Notes under the pieces: model-generated
The model's database searches: none
What the model was told of the DNA's origin: nothing
What the model saw: the letters and a program-made list of their open reading frames with translations, nothing else
Part shown: one piece after another, positions 8,033-18,052 of the stretch
Numbering within the stretch: the first letter of the stretch is position 1
Layout of the letters: each line of letters opens with the position of its first letter
Assembly: GCA_034211175.1 (NCBI GenBank)
Contig: JAXHUH010000240.1
Coordinates: forward strand, 2,393-66,392
Origin: Actinomycetota bacterium
GTDB taxonomy: Bacteria; Actinomycetota; Acidimicrobiia; Acidimicrobiales; CAIXPF01
Direction of reading: 5' to 3'
DNA length: 64,000 bases
Program-made: the position numbers and the translations under genes

Positions 8033-9763
8033 GTGCAGCCGCATCCGAACCTTCCGAGTCCCGCGGGCAGAGTCCTGCGGGGCTACGCACCGGTCGCCAT
8101 CCTCGGCGTGCTCTTCGCCCTCATGGCGGCGACCGTGCCCTCCACCTACTCCGATCAAGGCCTCGCCACCACCGGGTCGGGCGGGGGGCCCACCGCCTCC
8201 TTCGAATCGAACTCCGGACCCCAGCTCGACCGCTCAGGAACTGGCGGGACCGGAGGGGAGGACGCAGCGTCTGGTCCCTCCGGTAGCTCTGGTGACGCGG
8301 GCGGTGTCGCAGCTGACGGGACCGCCGGCAGCGGTCCTGAGGTCACAACCGGTGGTGGTGGTGGTGCTGGTGGTGGCAGCGGCGCTGCGCCCGCCGCAGG
8401 CCAGCAGCCCTGTGCCGATCGTCCGGTGCAGATCCCGGGTGACCCGTACTCGCCGCCGTGCTTCGAGTTCTCCGGCGACAACGGCGGGGCAACAGCCAAG
8501 GGCGTGACCGCCGAGGAGATCATCGTGTCGGCCCGCATCCTCGACGAGAAGGGCTTCCAGCAGACGCTGGCCACCCTGGCCGGTGCCGACATCGTGGACG
8601 GTCCCGAGGACGTGAAGCACACCATCTCGGCGCTGGCCGAGTACTTCAACAGCCGGATGCAGTTCTACGGGCGTCAGATGTCGATCAAGTTCTACAACGG
8701 CAAGGGATCGGGGGTGAACGAGCTGCAGGGTGCCGGCCAAGCCGAGGCGGAGGCCGACGCCATCACTGCTGCCGAGGAGATCGGTGCCTTCGCCGAGATC
8801 AACGCCGGCTCCGCGCCGTTCGCCGACGCCCTGGCCCGCAAGCAGGTGATCGCGTTCGGCACGCCGTACCTGTCCCGCAACTGGCACGTCGAACGTCGAC
8901 CGTACAACTGGAGCGTCGCCACGGACTGCTCGATCATCGTGGAGTCGGTGGGCGAGTTCGCCAACCAGACGCTGGCCAACACGCCGGCGGTGTTCGCCGG
9001 GCCCGGTCTGAAGGACAAGCCCCGCAAGTTCGCGTTCTTCTCCCCGGAGAACCCGTGGTACGTCGACTGCGTCGACCAGGGCATCGCGATCGCGGAAGCG
9101 GCCGGCACCAAGGTCGATCAGCGGGTCACCTACCGGCTCGACATCGACTCGATGTCCAACCAGGCGGCCAGCATCATCACCAAGCTCAAGAGCGAGGGCA
9201 TCACCACGATCCTGTGCGGCTGCGACCCGATCATGCCGATCTTCTTGACGACCAAGGCGGCCGAGCAGGGCTACAACCCCGAATGGGTCGTGGCCGGCAC
9301 TGCGCTGTCCGACATTGACCTGGTCGGCCAGCTCTACGACCAGGACCAGTGGTCCCGGGCCTTCGGCGTCAGCTACCTGAGCTCGTTCCTGCCCATCGAA
9401 TCCGGGATCGGCTACAGCGCCTACAAGAGCGTGCGCAACGACGAGCCGGCCTTCGCGGTCGAGACGATCTACTCCCAGATGTACCAACTCGCCCTCGGCA
9501 TCCAGATGGCCGGCCCGAATCTGACGCCGGAGACCTACGAGCAGGGCATGTTCGCCTACCCGGGCGGCACCGGCCCGTTCGGGACGTGGGGCTTCGACGC
9601 CGACAGCTACACCCCCACCCAGGACTACCGGGTCATCTGGTGGGATCCCGAGGCGGTGTCGCCGATGAACGGCAAGCGCGGCGCCTACATCGAGGCCTAC
9701 GACGGGCGTCGCTTCAAGAAGGGCGAGCTCCCCGCATCGAACCAGCCCCCGGTGTTCCGATGA
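8033..9763 (+). CDS. ABC transporter substrate-binding protein, LivK/type-1 periplasmic-binding fold, TM-anchored with a Gly/Ser-rich linker
   Basis: 576 aa. N-terminal TM VAILGVLFALMAATV, long G/S linker, then an SBP-like domain. First gene of a coupled SBP-permease-ATPase set. Confidence 0.83.
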   Translation: MQPHPNLPSPAGRVLRGYAPVAILGVLFALMAATVPSTYSDQGLATTGSGGGPTASFESNSGPQLDRSGTGGTGGEDAASGPSGSSGDAGGVAADGTAGSGPEVTTGGGGGAGGGSGAAPAAGQQPCADRPVQIPGDPYSPPCFEFSGDNGGATAKGVTAEEIIVSARILDEKGFQQTLATLAGADIVDGPEDVKHTISALAEYFNSRMQFYGRQMSIKFYNGKGSGVNELQGAGQAEAEADAITAAEEIGAFAEINAGSAPFADALARKQVIAFGTPYLSRNWHVERRPYNWSVATDCSIIVESVGEFANQTLANTPAVFAGPGLKDKPRKFAFFSPENPWYVDCVDQGIAIAEAAGTKVDQRVTYRLDIDSMSNQAASIITKLKSEGITTILCGCDPIMPIFLTTKAAEQGYNPEWVVAGTALSDIDLVGQLYDQDQWSRAFGVSYLSSFLPIESGIGYSAYKSVRNDEPAFAVETIYSQMYQLALGIQMAGPNLTPETYEQGMFAYPGGTGPFGTWGFDADSYTPTQDYRVIWWDPEAVSPMNGKRGAYIEAYDGRRFKKGELPASNQPPVFR

Positions 9764-11970
9764 GTGCGCCGGACGTGCAGGACCACCGGGAAGCCGGATC
9801 GTTCCGTGACCGGCTGACGACGCCGAGCCGCAGCCGCTCCGTCGCCGTCGGTGCCGTGGCCTTCGCGGTCGGGTACCCGCTGCTCGGCCTCGCCCTGCCC
9901 GACGGTGCGCCCTTCGGTGTGGTGCTCCAGGGTGCGGTGTTCGGGACGGTGACCGCCCTGCTGGCGATGGGTCTGATCCTGCTGTACCGCACCGACAGCA
10001 TCATCAACTTCTCCTACGGGGCCATGGGCCTCGTCGGCGGCAACCTGGGCGTGAACCTCTACCTCGAGGCCGGGTGGAACTATCTCTTCGCCATGGCCGT
10101 CGGCGTGGGCGCCGGCCTGGCCGTGGGCGCCATCGTCGAGCTCACCGTCATCCGACGGTTCAAGGACGCCAGCCGACTCACGCTCACCGTGGCCACCATC
10201 GGCCTCGCGCAGATCCTCGGCTACGTGGGCGCCATCTTCATCCCGGGCCGGTTCGGCTCGACCGGCCTGGTCGGGGGCTTCGAGACGCCCTACACGTTCG
10301 GCTTCGACGTCGGCCCCGTCCGCTTCACCGCCGGGCACGTCGTGATCATGGTGGCCGTCCCGCCGATCATCGCCGCCCTCTCCTGGTTCCTCCTGCGCAC
10401 CGACGCCGGCGTCGCCGTGCGGTCGGCGGCCCAGAACAAGGAGCGGGCCCAGCTGCTCGGCATCCCGATCGACCGTCTGAAGACGATCGTGTGGATCGTG
10501 GCCGGCGGCCTTGCAGCGCTCACGATCGTGCTCCAGGCCCCCTTCGCCGGGACGGCGTCGAATCCGCTCACCGCCCCGATCACCGTGCTGCTGCCTGCCC
10601 TCGCTGCGGCGGTCATCGCCCGGATGGAGTCGCTGCCCCTCGCCTTCTTCGCCGGGATCGGCCTCGGCGTGCTCGAGCAGCTCGTCCGCTGGAACGTCGA
10701 CAAGGCCTCGGCCTCGGACCTGGCCTTCCTGGTCGTCATCCTCGGCGCCCTGTTGCTGCAGTCCGGCAAGTTGTCACGAGCCCACGACGTCTCCTTCGGG
10801 CTGGAACTCGCCGGCGTGGTTCGCGCGGTCCCCGCCGAGCTGTCAGCTCTACCGGAGGTTCGCTGGGTCCGGCGCGGCATGGTCGCCGTCGTGCTGCTCG
10901 CCGCCGTGTTGGTGCCCAGGGGCTGGGCCCCGTCGTCGCAGAGCCTGGCCACCACCGCCGTGGTGTGGTGCCTGGTCGCCGTGTCGTTGGTCGTGCTGTC
11001 CGGGTGGGCCGGCAAGGTGAGCCTCGGCCAGTTCGGCGTCGTGGGCGTCGCCGCCATCGTCGCCGGCAACATCGTTCAGCGATGGAACATCGACATCTTC
11101 GTGACCGTTCTGATCGCCGGGCTCGCGGGAGCGGCGGCGGCCCTCATCATCGGCGTGCCGGCGCTGCGCATCAAAGGGTTGTTCCTGGCGGTGACCACGC
11201 TGGCCTTCGCGGTCACGCTCGACAGCTTCTTGCTCAACCCTGTGAACTTCCCCGACCAGGTGCCCGACAACGTCAACCCGCCCATCTTCTGGGATCGTTT
11301 CGACGGCTCCGAACAGCTCGTGCTCTACAACTTCGCTCTCGGCCTGCTCATAGTGTCGTTGCTGCTGACCAACGCGCTACGCCGCACCCGATGGGGGCGG
11401 GTCTTCCAGGCCACGAAGGACAACGAGAAGACCGCACAGGCACAGTCAGTACCCACCACCAAGATCAAGCTGGTGTCGTTCTGCTACTCCGGCTTCATTG
11501 CCGGTCTCGCCGGCGGCGTCTATGTCTTGGTGCTGCGCGGCGCCCGGGTCAACTCCTTTCCCCCCATCATGAGCCTCGAGGTCTTCTCGATGACCGTCAT
11601 CGGGGGTCTGGGCTCGCTGCTCGGCGCTGTCTCCGGCGTTGTCCTCTTCCGGTTCCTCCAGAACTCCGAGCTGCTGGGCGGCGACCTACGCCTGGCCGTG
11701 ACCGGTGCCGGTCTGCTCATCGTGTTGTACATCTACCCCGGCGGTCTCGGCCAGGCCATGTACGCCGTCCGCGACCGGTACCTCCGAATGATCGCCCGGC
11801 GGCGGAGGATCCATGTGCCGAGCCTCATCGAGGACAGTCGCCAGGACGACGCCGTGACGTCCGACGGGAACGTCGATGAGCCACCGGATCCGCCCTCTGT
11901 GCCATGGGCACACCCGGTCGACGACACGTCGGTACAGCCGGTGCCCACCACGTCCGGGAGGAACCCCTGA
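9760..11970 (+). CDS. Fused LivH-LivM-type ABC permease
   Basis: ATGA overlap with the SBP stop. About 736 aa, polytopic. The N-half resembles LivH and the C-half resembles LivM branched-chain-type permeases. Confidence 0.87.
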   Translation: MSAPDVQDHREAGSFRDRLTTPSRSRSVAVGAVAFAVGYPLLGLALPDGAPFGVVLQGAVFGTVTALLAMGLILLYRTDSIINFSYGAMGLVGGNLGVNLYLEAGWNYLFAMAVGVGAGLAVGAIVELTVIRRFKDASRLTLTVATIGLAQILGYVGAIFIPGRFGSTGLVGGFETPYTFGFDVGPVRFTAGHVVIMVAVPPIIAALSWFLLRTDAGVAVRSAAQNKERAQLLGIPIDRLKTIVWIVAGGLAALTIVLQAPFAGTASNPLTAPITVLLPALAAAVIARMESLPLAFFAGIGLGVLEQLVRWNVDKASASDLAFLVVILGALLLQSGKLSRAHDVSFGLELAGVVRAVPAELSALPEVRWVRRGMVAVVLLAAVLVPRGWAPSSQSLATTAVVWCLVAVSLVVLSGWAGKVSLGQFGVVGVAAIVAGNIVQRWNIDIFVTVLIAGLAGAAAALIIGVPALRIKGLFLAVTTLAFAVTLDSFLLNPVNFPDQVPDNVNPPIFWDRFDGSEQLVLYNFALGLLIVSLLLTNALRRTRWGRVFQATKDNEKTAQAQSVPTTKIKLVSFCYSGFIAGLAGGVYVLVLRGARVNSFPPIMSLEVFSMTVIGGLGSLLGAVSGVVLFRFLQNSELLGGDLRLAVTGAGLLIVLYIYPGGLGQAMYAVRDRYLRMIARRRRIHVPSLIEDSRQDDAVTSDGNVDEPPDPPSVPWAHPVDDTSVQPVPTTSGRNP

Positions 11971-13754
11971 TGACCTCGACCGCATCCGCGAGCCATGAGG
12001 TGACTGCCTCACCGACCCCCGTGCTCGACTGCCGCGGCATCGACGTCGCCTACGGGCCGGTGCAGGTGCTCTTCGATGTGGACCTGTCCGTGCACGCCGG
12101 CGAGATCGTGGCGCTGCTCGGCACGAACGGCGCCGGGAAGTCGACGTTGCTCAAGGCCATCTCGGGTCTGGTACGACCCAAGAGCGGCACCATCACCTTC
12201 GGCGGTGAGGAGATCACCGGGGAGCCGGCGCACCTGACGGCCGCGCGTGGTCTGGTGCAGATGCCGGGCGGCAAGGGCGTGTTCCCGACGCTCTCGGTCA
12301 AGGAGAACCTGCGCCTGTCGTGTTGGCTCTTCCGCGACGACGCCGAGCGCGTCGACGCGAAGGTGGCCGAGGTGCTCGACCTGTTCCCTCGGTTGAAGGA
12401 CCGGTACTCGAACCTGGCCGGCGACATGTCTGGTGGCGAACCGCAGATGCTGACGCTCGGCATGGCCCTCGTCAACGAGCCGAAGCTGTTGATGATCGAC
12501 GAGCTGTCGCTCGGTTTGGCTCCCACGATCGTCGGTGACCTCATCGAGGTCGTGCACGACATCAACCGCATGGGCGTGACCGTCATCGTCGTGGAGCAGT
12601 CGATCAACGTTGCGCTCACGTTGGCCCGGAGGGCCGTCTTCATGGAGAAGGGTGAGTTCCGCTTCACGGGTCCGACGTCGGCCCTCCTCGAGCGACCCGA
12701 CATCCTCCGGTCCGTCTTCATCGCCGGTGGCTCGGTCGACAGCGCCGACAGCGCCGACAGCGCCGACGGCGCCGACGTTCCGACCGCAGCGCCCGCCACG
12801 CCGGCGGACGCACCCCGTGAGACGCCGGGGCCGGATGCGCCGACGGTCCTGCGTTGTGCCGACGTCGTGAAGCGCTTCGGTGGCATCAACGCGATCGACG
12901 GCATCGACCTCCACCTCCGAGCCGGTGAGGTCCTCGGCCTCATCGGGCAGAACGGGGCTGGCAAGACCACGCTGTTCGACTGCATCTCGGGCTACCACCG
13001 GGTCGACAGTGGGCGCATCGAGCTCCACGGGACCGACATCACCGCTTGGGAACCCCACGAGCGAGCCCTCTACCAGCTGGGCCGGTCGTTCCAGGAGGCG
13101 ATGCTGTATCCGACCCTCACCGTGCGCGAGACCATCGCGACAGCGCTCGAGCGGCACCTCGCCAACCGCGACATCATCGCCGCCACGCTGGCTGCGCCGG
13201 CGTCCTACGACAGTGAGATGGCGGCGTGGCGACGGGTGGAGGAGCTGATCGAGATGATGAACCTCGGCGCCTTCCGCGACAAGCTGGTCGGTGAGCTGTC
13301 GACAGGCTCCCGGCGCATCGTCGAGCTGGCCTGCTTGCTTGCCCAGGAGCCGAGCGTGCTGCTGCTCGACGAGCCGTCGGGCGGGGTCGCGCAGAAGGAG
13401 ACGGAAGCACTGGGGCCGCTGCTGCGCCAGGTGCAGGAGATGACCTCGTGCTCGATCATGATCATCGAACACGACATGCCGCTGCTCACGTCGCTGTGCG
13501 ATCGCATGTACTGCCTGGAGCTGGGAGACGTCATCGCCGAAGGCACTCCCGCCGAGGTCCTCGATCACCCGCGGGTGATCGAGTCCTATCTCGGCGAGAA
13601 CGACGCTGCGATCAACCGATCGGGCGGCCACCAACCGAACGGCGAGCGGCCTGCCAGCAGGCTTGCGTCGGCCGATGCGGCAGAGCCACACGATGGCGTC
13701 GACCGTGCTCTCGCGAGCAGGTCGCGGCGTCGGCGGCCTCTCCAGGGACGGTGA
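11970..13754 (+). CDS. Fused double ABC ATPase, LivF-like domain then LivG-like domain
   Basis: TGATG junction with the permease. Two Walker A sites (GTNGAGKST, GQNGAGKTT). First domain has SGGEPQML (LivF type); second has LSTGSRR and IIEHDM (LivG type). The last roughly 45 codons have weaker GC3, so the C-terminal tail is uncertain. Confidence 0.87.
   Translation: MTSTASASHEVTASPTPVLDCRGIDVAYGPVQVLFDVDLSVHAGEIVALLGTNGAGKSTLLKAISGLVRPKSGTITFGGEEITGEPAHLTAARGLVQMPGGKGVFPTLSVKENLRLSCWLFRDDAERVDAKVAEVLDLFPRLKDRYSNLAGDMSGGEPQMLTLGMALVNEPKLLMIDELSLGLAPTIVGDLIEVVHDINRMGVTVIVVEQSINVALTLARRAVFMEKGEFRFTGPTSALLERPDILRSVFIAGGSVDSADSADSADGADVPTAAPATPADAPRETPGPDAPTVLRCADVVKRFGGINAIDGIDLHLRAGEVLGLIGQNGAGKTTLFDCISGYHRVDSGRIELHGTDITAWEPHERALYQLGRSFQEAMLYPTLTVRETIATALERHLANRDIIAATLAAPASYDSEMAAWRRVEELIEMMNLGAFRDKLVGELSTGSRRIVELACLLAQEPSVLLLDEPSGGVAQKETEALGPLLRQVQEMTSCSIMIIEHDMPLLTSLCDRMYCLELGDVIAEGTPAEVLDHPRVIESYLGENDAAINRSGGHQPNGERPASRLASADAAEPHDGVDRALASRSRRRRPLQGR
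12738..12776 (+). repeat. 9-bp tandem repeat (GACAGCGCC x3, then GACGGCGCC) encoding the DSADSADSADGAD inter-domain linker
   Basis: Read directly from the sequence, in frame, between the two ATPase domains. Confidence 0.7.
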
Positions 13755-13950
13755 TGCCGATCGCGGTTCCGGTGATGCGACGCAACGTCTCGGGATCGGC
13801 CATGCCGCGAAGCCGATGAGGCCGCGTTGGCCTTGCCAACCGACCGAGCCGTGAGTCGGATCTGACGCCAGACGCCCGGGGGATGATCGCAGGCAGAGCG
13901 CGCGGCGTCGTATGTCCCGTCCGCCCGAGCGGTGCGGTGAGCGCTCGCTT

Positions 13951-13974
13951 GAGACATGAAGCATTTTGTGTCTT
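13951..13974. promoter_or_regulatory. Operator-like palindrome GAGACA-N12-TGTCTT (site 1 of 9)
   Basis: AT-rich patch 75 nt upstream of the yrbEA start. Flanked by CTTGAGA direct repeats (13948-13954, 13972-13978). Confidence 0.5.
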
Positions 13975-13988
13975 GAGAAGGAAACCGC

Positions 13989-14014
13989 CTGGGGGGTGAC
14001 GAACAACCCCCCAG
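13989..14014 (+). other. Perfect hairpin CTGGGGGG-N10-CCCCCCAG in the mce leader
   Basis: 8-bp stem and 10-nt loop, read directly. Lies 35 nt upstream of the yrbEA ATG. No U-tract. Confidence 0.4.
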
Positions 14015-14048
14015 CTGCGAACGGAGCTCGTCACCGATACGGGGGAAC

Positions 14049-14842
14049 ATGACGGCAGTGACCCAAGCAATCCGAGGACGTGCCGGCGCCGCCGTGGACG
14101 ACGTCGGCCGCGTCTTCGGGCTGATGTTCGCCATCCTGGTGCGCATCCCTCGGCGTCCGTGGCGCCCACGGGCTGTCGCCGAGCAGGTGTGGTTCGTCGC
14201 GTCGGTCACACTTTTCCGGCGCTGTTGCTGACCCTCAGCTTCGGGCTCGTGATCGGCCTGCAGGTGTACAACATCACCCGGCAGTTCGGCGCCGAATCAG
14301 CGCAGGGCGCGGCCATGGTCCTCGCCATCGTCCGAGAGGCCGGACCGCTGGGCACCACGTTCATGCTCGCCGCTGCGGCAGGCACCGCCATCACGGCCGA
14401 CATCGGCAGCCGGACGGTGCGCGACGAGATCGCTGCCATGCAGGTCATGTCGGTCGACCCGATCCACCGGGTGGTCGTGCCTCGCGTGCTGGGCGCCTCC
14501 ATCGCCGCCGGCATCCTCACCGGCATCGTGATCATGGGCGGGCTGGCCGGCGGCTTCCTGTACTCGGTGGTGCTCAAGGGATCGAACGCCGGCGCCTACC
14601 TCGACGGCTTCTCGACCCTGGCCCAGATGCCCGACCTGTACCTGGCCCTGGCCAAGGGCATGGTGTTCGGGGTCGTGGCCGCGGTCATCGCCGCGTGGCG
14701 AGGCCTGTACGCCAAGGGCGGCGCCGGCGGGGTCGGCTACGCCGTCAACACCGGGGTCGTCATCACCATCCTCGCCCTGGTCGTCGTGAACCTGATCATG
14801 ACCTTCGGCTACCTCGCCATCGTCCCGGACGCCATCCAATGA
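14049..14842 (+). pseudogene. yrbEA: YrbEA/MlaE-family Mce permease; frame break at the TTTT/CC run 14212-14217
   Basis: Frame 0 gives MTAV...VGRVFGLMFAILVRIPRRPWRPRAVAEQVWFVASVTLF. Frame 2 continues PALLLTLSFGLVIGLQVYNITRQFGAE... to 14842. Joined, this gives a normal-length YrbE protein. Confidence 0.75.
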
Positions 14843-15705
14843 CCGCCACCACTCCCGCTCCCACCACTTCGGCGCGCCTGTGGAGCGCGACCAAGCAAGC
14901 CCTCGACCCGCTCGCCCAACCCTGGCGCGTGTCCCAGGACATCGTCGGAGTCGGCGCCAAGGCCGTGGTCAACGTGCCGGCGGCGCTGACCCACCGGGCC
15001 TACATCGTCAAGCTCATCTCCGACGTCGCCGTGGGCTCGGGCGCCTTCATCGTCGGCGCCGGTGCGGTGATCGTGGTGATCTTCATGACCGGTGTCATCG
15101 GCATCCAGGTCGGCCTCGAGGGCTACGAGGGTCTCGAGCTCATCGGTGCCGAGGACCTCATCGGCTTCCTCTCCGCGTTCGCCAACGTCCGCGAGATCAC
15201 CCCGCTGGCCGCGGCCATCATCTTCGCCGCCCAGATCGGCGCCAACTACACCGCCGAGCTGGGGGCCATGCGCATCTCCGAGGAGGTGGACGCGATCGAG
15301 TCGATGGGCATCAAGTCCCTCCGCTACCTGGTCTCGACCCGGCTGGTCGCGTCGTTCATCACCGTCATGCCGCTGTATGTCATCGGCCTGTACGTGCAGC
15401 TGCTGACCACCAAGCTGACCTCGACGGTGTTCTTCGGCATCGCCCCCGGCGTCTACGACCAGTACTTCGAGCTGTACCTGCCCCGCATCGACATCGTCTA
15501 CAGCGTCATCAAGATCCTGGTCTTCATCTCGATCATCACCTTCGTGCACTGCGCCTACGGGTTCCGGGTCTCGGGTGGGCCCGAGGACGTCGGCTACGCG
15601 GTGGGTCGGGCCGTGCGCCTGTCGATCACACTCGTGTTCCTCACCAACTTCTTGCTGACCCTCATCTTCTGGGGTTCGGGCGACACCGTGAGGTTCTCCG
15701 GATGA
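14839..15705 (+). CDS. yrbEB: YrbEB/MlaE-family Mce permease
   Basis: ATGA overlap. 288 aa polytopic with the YrbE pattern (...REITPLAAAIIFAAQIGANYTAELGAMRISEEVDAIESMG...). Confidence 0.9.
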   Translation: MTATTPAPTTSARLWSATKQALDPLAQPWRVSQDIVGVGAKAVVNVPAALTHRAYIVKLISDVAVGSGAFIVGAGAVIVVIFMTGVIGIQVGLEGYEGLELIGAEDLIGFLSAFANVREITPLAAAIIFAAQIGANYTAELGAMRISEEVDAIESMGIKSLRYLVSTRLVASFITVMPLYVIGLYVQLLTTKLTSTVFFGIAPGVYDQYFELYLPRIDIVYSVIKILVFISIITFVHCAYGFRVSGGPEDVGYAVGRAVRLSITLVFLTNFLLTLIFWGSGDTVRFSG

Positions 15706-16838
15706 GCATCCCCATCGCCCTCGTCCGACGCCTGGTCGTCTCCGTGCTGCTCGTCGGTCTGCTCGCCGCGTGGCTCGCCCAGCCCGGGCCCGACCGCAAC
15801 GAGATCACCGTGGAGTTCGCCCGGGCTGGGCTCAACGTGCGCCCTGGCGACGAGGTGCGGGTGCGCGGCGTGCCGGTCGGCACGATCTCGTCGATCGATG
15901 TCGACCGTGACACCTACACGGCGCGCTACACGCTCTCCGTCGACCGCGACGCCCCCATCGCGCCGCTCACGACTGCAGCCCTGGTCCCCAAGACGCTCTT
16001 CGGCGACAAGTACGTGGAGCTGGAGGGCGCCCCGCCCGACGCCGACCACCTGGGCGACGGCGCCCACATCCCGCTCGAGCGAACGTCGGCACCCAGCGAG
16101 GTGCAGGAGGTCCTCGACCAGCTCGAACCGGTCCTGGCCGAGGTCGACCCGGTGGCGTTCGCCAACGTGGTGGCCTCCACCGCGGAGGGCCTCGACGGCG
16201 CCGGCGCCGACATCGCCCGCCTGGTCGACGCCGTGCCCGGGGCGCTCGCCACCATCACCGCCAACCAGCAGGACCTGGGCCGCATCTTCCGCTCCGTTCC
16301 CGGCATCGCCGGCACCCTCGAGGAGCGGGCCGACCAGCTCGTGCAGGTTGCCGACTCCTTCGGCACGCTGGCCACGACCATCGACGACAACGAAGACGAG
16401 CTGGTCCGGTTCGTGACCGACACGGCGGACCTGTCCGCCCGGGCCGCCGAGCTGCTCACCACCGAGGAGGAGCGCCTCACCCGCATCCTCGACGACGGCT
16501 TCGCGGTGATCGACCTGGTGGCCGAGCAGCCCGAGGCGCTACCCAAGCTGCTCGACGGGTTACCGCGGTTCGTGAACGGCCTGGCCGCGGCCACGTCATC
16601 GGGCTACTTCAAGGCGCCGATCGCCAGCTTCGGCGTGTTGATCCCCACCGTCGACTCCAAGGGCGCCCTCGGGGAGGCCGGGGGCGGCGCCGGCTTCGGC
16701 CCTGACATCGTCGTCGAGGGCTTCCCCCTCAGCGACGGCATCACCATCGGCCCCGAGGACAGCACCGGCGGGCTGACCGGTGCGGTCAACGGCGTGGTCG
16801 GTCTGCTGGGGAACCTGCTCGGAGGTGGGCAGCGATGA
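15702..16838 (+). CDS. mceA: MCE-family substrate-binding protein MceA
   Basis: ATGA overlap. N-terminal TM followed by an MCE/MlaD domain (VEFARAGLNVRPGDEVRVRGVPVGTISSIDVD). Confidence 0.88.
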   Translation: MSIPIALVRRLVVSVLLVGLLAAWLAQPGPDRNEITVEFARAGLNVRPGDEVRVRGVPVGTISSIDVDRDTYTARYTLSVDRDAPIAPLTTAALVPKTLFGDKYVELEGAPPDADHLGDGAHIPLERTSAPSEVQEVLDQLEPVLAEVDPVAFANVVASTAEGLDGAGADIARLVDAVPGALATITANQQDLGRIFRSVPGIAGTLEERADQLVQVADSFGTLATTIDDNEDELVRFVTDTADLSARAAELLTTEEERLTRILDDGFAVIDLVAEQPEALPKLLDGLPRFVNGLAAATSSGYFKAPIASFGVLIPTVDSKGALGEAGGGAGFGPDIVVEGFPLSDGITIGPEDSTGGLTGAVNGVVGLLGNLLGGGQR

Positions 16839-18052
16839 GCCTGTGGATCAAGCTCGGCGTCCTCACCGCCGCCGGCATGGCCTGCCTCGCCGTCCTCGCC
16901 GTGCAGATCGGCCAGCTCGGCGGCGCGGCCGGCGCCCTCGCCGACACCTACCCGGTGGTCGCCCACTTCGATGACGCCACCGGCGTCACCGACGGCAACG
17001 AGATCCGCCTCGCCGGCGTGCGCGTCGGCAAGGTCGGTTCCGTCGCCGTGGAGCGGGGCGAAGCGGTGGTCACCATGAACATCGACGAGCGGTACCGGGT
17101 CCCCCAGGACAGCCGGTTCGAGCTCCGGTGGAAGAATCTGCTCGGGCAGCGCTTCATCCAGGTGGTCCCGCCGCCGGAGGCCACACCGGGCGGACCGGCC
17201 GTCGAGGAGGGCGCAGAGCTGACCACGGCCCGGACCCGCTCCGCCGCCGACCTGTCGATGCTGCTCAACAACACCGAGCCGCTCGTGGCTCAGCTCGATG
17301 TGCCCCGCCTGAACCAGGTGACCGCGACGCTCGCCGCCTCGTTCGCCGGACGGGAAGCCGCCCTCGGCGCCGGCATCGACGACGCCAGGACCCTGCTCAC
17401 CGAGCTGAACACTCGCCGCGACGCCATCGACCGCAGCCTCGCCAACCTCGACACCCTGATCGGCGGCATCGCCGAGCGCGACGCCGAGATCGAGCGGTTC
17501 CTGACCTCCTTCGCCACCACGGCGGAGACCTTGGCCGCCAATGCCGGCCAGCTGGGCCTCACCGTCGCCCAGCTCGACGTGCTCGTCGACGTGACCGAGC
17601 AGGTGCTCTCGGCGAGCAGCGAGGATCTCGACGCGGTGATCGACCAGTCGGTCCAGGTCCTCGACGCCGTGGCCGCCAACGCCGACTCCCTCGAGGAAGG
17701 CGTGCGGACGCTGCCCTGGGCGGTGGCCGCCATCACCCGGGCGACCGGGAAGGGCAACTGGTGGCAGGTCTACGCCCGGGGTCTCGGCGGGGTCACGGCG
17801 TTCGTCAACGAGCCGGTGATCGGACCCGACCACAACGACGTCGGCGTCGACGACCAGACCGCCCCCGACGCCCTGCTCGGCGAACCACGCGTCCCACTCC
17901 CCCCGATCCCCGAGACCCAGCTCGGGCCGGTCACCTTGAACCCGTCGCCACAGACCCGCGCCGAGCGCTACGAGCAGAACCGCCAACCCGAGGAGCCGCT
18001 GCTCGGCGGCCTCGGCACCCTCCTCAACAACCTGCTGGGGGGTGGATCGTGA
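16835..18052 (+). CDS. mceB: MCE-family protein MceB
   Basis: ATGA overlap. TM plus MCE domain (VVAHFDDATGVTDGNEIRLAGVRVGKVGSVAVE). Confidence 0.88.
   Translation: MSLWIKLGVLTAAGMACLAVLAVQIGQLGGAAGALADTYPVVAHFDDATGVTDGNEIRLAGVRVGKVGSVAVERGEAVVTMNIDERYRVPQDSRFELRWKNLLGQRFIQVVPPPEATPGGPAVEEGAELTTARTRSAADLSMLLNNTEPLVAQLDVPRLNQVTATLAASFAGREAALGAGIDDARTLLTELNTRRDAIDRSLANLDTLIGGIAERDAEIERFLTSFATTAETLAANAGQLGLTVAQLDVLVDVTEQVLSASSEDLDAVIDQSVQVLDAVAANADSLEEGVRTLPWAVAAITRATGKGNWWQVYARGLGGVTAFVNEPVIGPDHNDVGVDDQTAPDALLGEPRVPLPPIPETQLGPVTLNPSPQTRAERYEQNRQPEEPLLGGLGTLLNNLLGGGS

Noticed and set aside
13586-14209. Two overlapping minus-strand ORFs (207 and 185 aa) spanning the mce leader
   Set aside because: The translations are Arg/Ser/Pro-rich nonsense with no RBS or motifs. 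They cross an AT-rich regulatory patch and the end of the ATPase gene. They are treated as non-coding leader.
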